Source: Antedon mediterranea (taxonomy: Eukaryota; Animalia; Echinodermata). Taken from it: a DNA stretch of 64,000 bases. The stretch spans positions 22,616,795-22,680,794 of the forward strand of contig NC_092670.1 in NCBI RefSeq assembly GCF_964355755.1. The letters are read 5' to 3'. The notes under the pieces are model-generated. The model was not told the DNA's origin, did no database searches, and was given only the letters and a program-made list of their open reading frames with translations. Every line of letters begins with the position of its first letter. Positions within the stretch are counted from its first letter, which is position 1. Below, piece after piece: positions 61,513-64,000 of this stretch. The position numbers were made by a program, and so were the translations under genes.

Positions 61513-63477
61513 TTCATGAGTATATGTAAAACTATAATTTTTAATAGTTTGGAAAATATTATAATTGTCAAGAAGGTGCATGGTTCTTAAATTTAAAAAT
61601 AAATGTTGTTTTTCGGTAACAATCCGACAAAATCATTAATAAATGTTGGCCCCTCTCTAATATTTCTATGTTGATTAATTCAATTTTTTTAAACTATATA
61701 CTATATATTTTGATTATTGATTTTAAAGCATATTGAAATAAATTTTAATGTAAAAATGCTGGTTTAGCTTACTGTAATAACACTGGTCACAGACTGACAT
61801 GTCAGTCTGTGACTAACTCGGTAACAACCAGACACTTTTTAATATCATATAAAAATGTAAAAATAAGGTTTTAAAAAAAAGTAACCTTATGAGTGTATGT
61901 AAAGCTATAATTTTTAATAGTTTGGAAAATATTATAATTGTCTAGAAGGTACATGGTTCTTAAATTAAAAAAATGTTTTTTGGTAACAACCCGACAAAAT
62001 TATTAATAATTATGTTGGCCCCTCCTTAATATTTCTATGTTGATTAATTCAATTTTTTTAAACAAAATCTCAAACAATATATTTAGTTCTTTAATTCTAA
62101 AAAGAAATGACATGTATAAATTAGGATTTAGTTGTCTGTTATAGGATTTAAGTAAACCTCATATTGTTTTATTTTTTAAGTTTTCTAAATATCATTATTT
62201 TAAATGGAAATATGTCTGTATATATCTCATTTTTTTTTTACCACTTAAATATCCTGAAAGTATATAACATTAGCTTTAGTTTGATATCAAACATGTTAAG
62301 ACTGCTAAAAGTTAAAAATTTTCAAAATCCAAAAAAAAAATTGTGGAATTGCCCTACTAATACTCACAGCTGTAGCTGAAACTGTAAATCTTCTGTTAAT
62401 AAAAAACAATTACAATCTAAAAAATACAAGGAAAAACATTGATAATGGCAATAAACAACATTAACACTTTTTCCAAATCAACAAACTTCTTAATCAATGT
62501 CTGAAAAATTAGGAAATTTTCTTAAAATGACTTTGGCTATGGGCCAGCTAATTGGGGCCGACATGTTGTCTCAATGGTAATTTCATTTAATAGTTTGATC
62601 ACAAACAATAAAATTTGAATTATGTAAATGTTTCATAATAGTATAAATGCCTACAAAATAACAGGCAACACTTCACTCCCAATCATGAGAACATAAATCA
62701 TCTCTACAAATTATTTATTTTATGTTCACTATTTACGATATTCTAGAGATTATGAAGTACTGTAGAAACAATAATGTTATTACTGTACATGTATCTCTTC
62801 CAACTCTTTAGGAACTGATACAACTAAAAACTAGGCCTAGCCCCTAGCTAGGAGGCCTAGGCTAGTAGTAGGCATAGAAGAGAACTTCGCAAAAAGCAGA
62901 CTCAGCTTGCTAACAATGCTAAGTAGAGTAGGCTATATTATACCGGTATTTAATTTTAAGGCATGGTATTCAAGATAAAGTTTGTTAACAAATTAGGAAT
63001 TAATATACGCCGTGGTTAGGATTCCGGCACCGGAACTCAACTGCCCAGCGTTAGGGAATCCGACACGCTATTGCGCATGCCCAGAGCGAATTAATTATAG
63101 CTTTGCACTTTACCGCGCACCACACCACCGAGAGAGTCGGAGTGTTATTATAGGAATTTACTGTAGCCTCCTATTGCCTATAGTTAGTCGTTGCGCGAGC
63201 GAGAGAGCGATGGATGAAACTTGGCCTAGCCTAGGCCATATGAATTAATAATTAAAATACCACTACGCCACGCGTTAAAATAATTATTATGATATTGCTA
63301 AGAATCAGCCTATCTATCAAAGAATCGTAATGCTGTAATTTTATTAGACAAAGTGAATAGCGTAGCGACCCCGACTTCCCAAACGGTTCTGTTTTTTTCA
63401 CATCATATCCGCGCGGCGGCTGCCGTCAACAAATCAACTTATACGCATGGAGGGTACCTCCATGGTATACGTGTTAT

Positions 63478-63728
63478 GCGCGATTTGAACGATTTGCGCA
63501 ATTTAAAATTGCGCAAAAAAATCCTTGCGCAATTTGAAATTGCGCAAAGAATTCTTGCGCAATTTAAAATTGCGCAAGGATTTTTTTGCGCAATTTCAAA
63601 TTGCGCAATCAACTTGCGCAATTTCAAATTGCGCAAGAAAATCTTTGCGCAATTTTAAATTGCGCTGCACAATTTGTAAATTGCGCAAGATAGTTCTTGC
63701 GCAATATGACACCTTTGCGCAATTTGAA
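63478..63728. repeat. Array of nested palindromes (ttgcgcaatttnaaattgcgcaa)
   Basis: More than a dozen TGCGCAA/TTGCGCA cores, spaced about 15 bp apart. Confidence 0.9.
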
Positions 63729-64000
63729 AACGAACTGTAAATTTTCCCATACATGGCTAGGCCTAGGCAGAGGAGTTTAAAATTTAGTATTTTATTATAT
63801 AAATAAGACCATTTCAATGAAGATAATGTTTAATACTCACTTTTTAAGTTTTTAATATTAGTTTAATAAGCTAGGCCATGTAACCTAGTCAGTATCAGTA
63901 GTCCAGACCCTAGCTAGGCTAGAGTAGTATAGCCGACCGCCCGCGCCGCGCCCGCCTGGTGGAACACCACCGCTTCGTTTTCCTTCGTCGGTTCTTCGAC

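Larger units (their letters stand above)
43677..62670 (-). mobile_element. Helentron/Helitron2 rolling-circle transposon (3' end inferred at the 43677 hairpin; 5' boundary not located)
   Basis: Rep-helicase-endonuclease ORF. The candidate terminus has hairpin GGTTATCCGC-N5-GCGGATAACC next to a putative subTIR (cttgttattgtca) and a T-rich tract. Internal tandem arrays are typical of Helentrons. Confidence 0.6.

Noticed and set aside
57915-63817. Short ORFs in the 90-bp repeat, the satellite and the TTGCGCAA array
   Set aside because: They are repeat-derived, with no splice or domain support.

Overview
This is AT-rich animal genomic DNA with spliceosomal introns. It is probably a marine invertebrate or deuterostome, inferred from the gene and SINE content. 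Four host genes were reconstructed exon by exon with consistent reading phases: the 3' part of eEF2K (+), a 10-exon TSSK-like kinase (-), WIPI2/ATG18 (+) and a GH29 alpha-L-fucosidase (+). Two large, apparently intact DNA transposons dominate the rest. The first is a 14.8-kb Ginger1-type element (12281-27105) with TGT...ACA inverted ends and a CCGG target duplication. It encodes a 3-exon integrase-OTU fusion, sits between the head-to-head TSSK-like and WIPI2 genes, and carries a satellite, foldback elements and two tRNA-like cloverleafs. The second is a Helentron/Helitron2 with an uninterrupted 3090-aa ORF: hydrophobic N-terminus, PHD finger, herpes-tegument-type deubiquitinase, OTU, Rep(HUH), PIF1 helicase and AP endonuclease. 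The two unrelated transposons share a recognisably homologous extended OTU cassette. MITEs, tRNA- and 5S-derived SINEs and mini/satellites fill the introns and spacers. All family assignments come from motifs recognised by eye; no database search was run.
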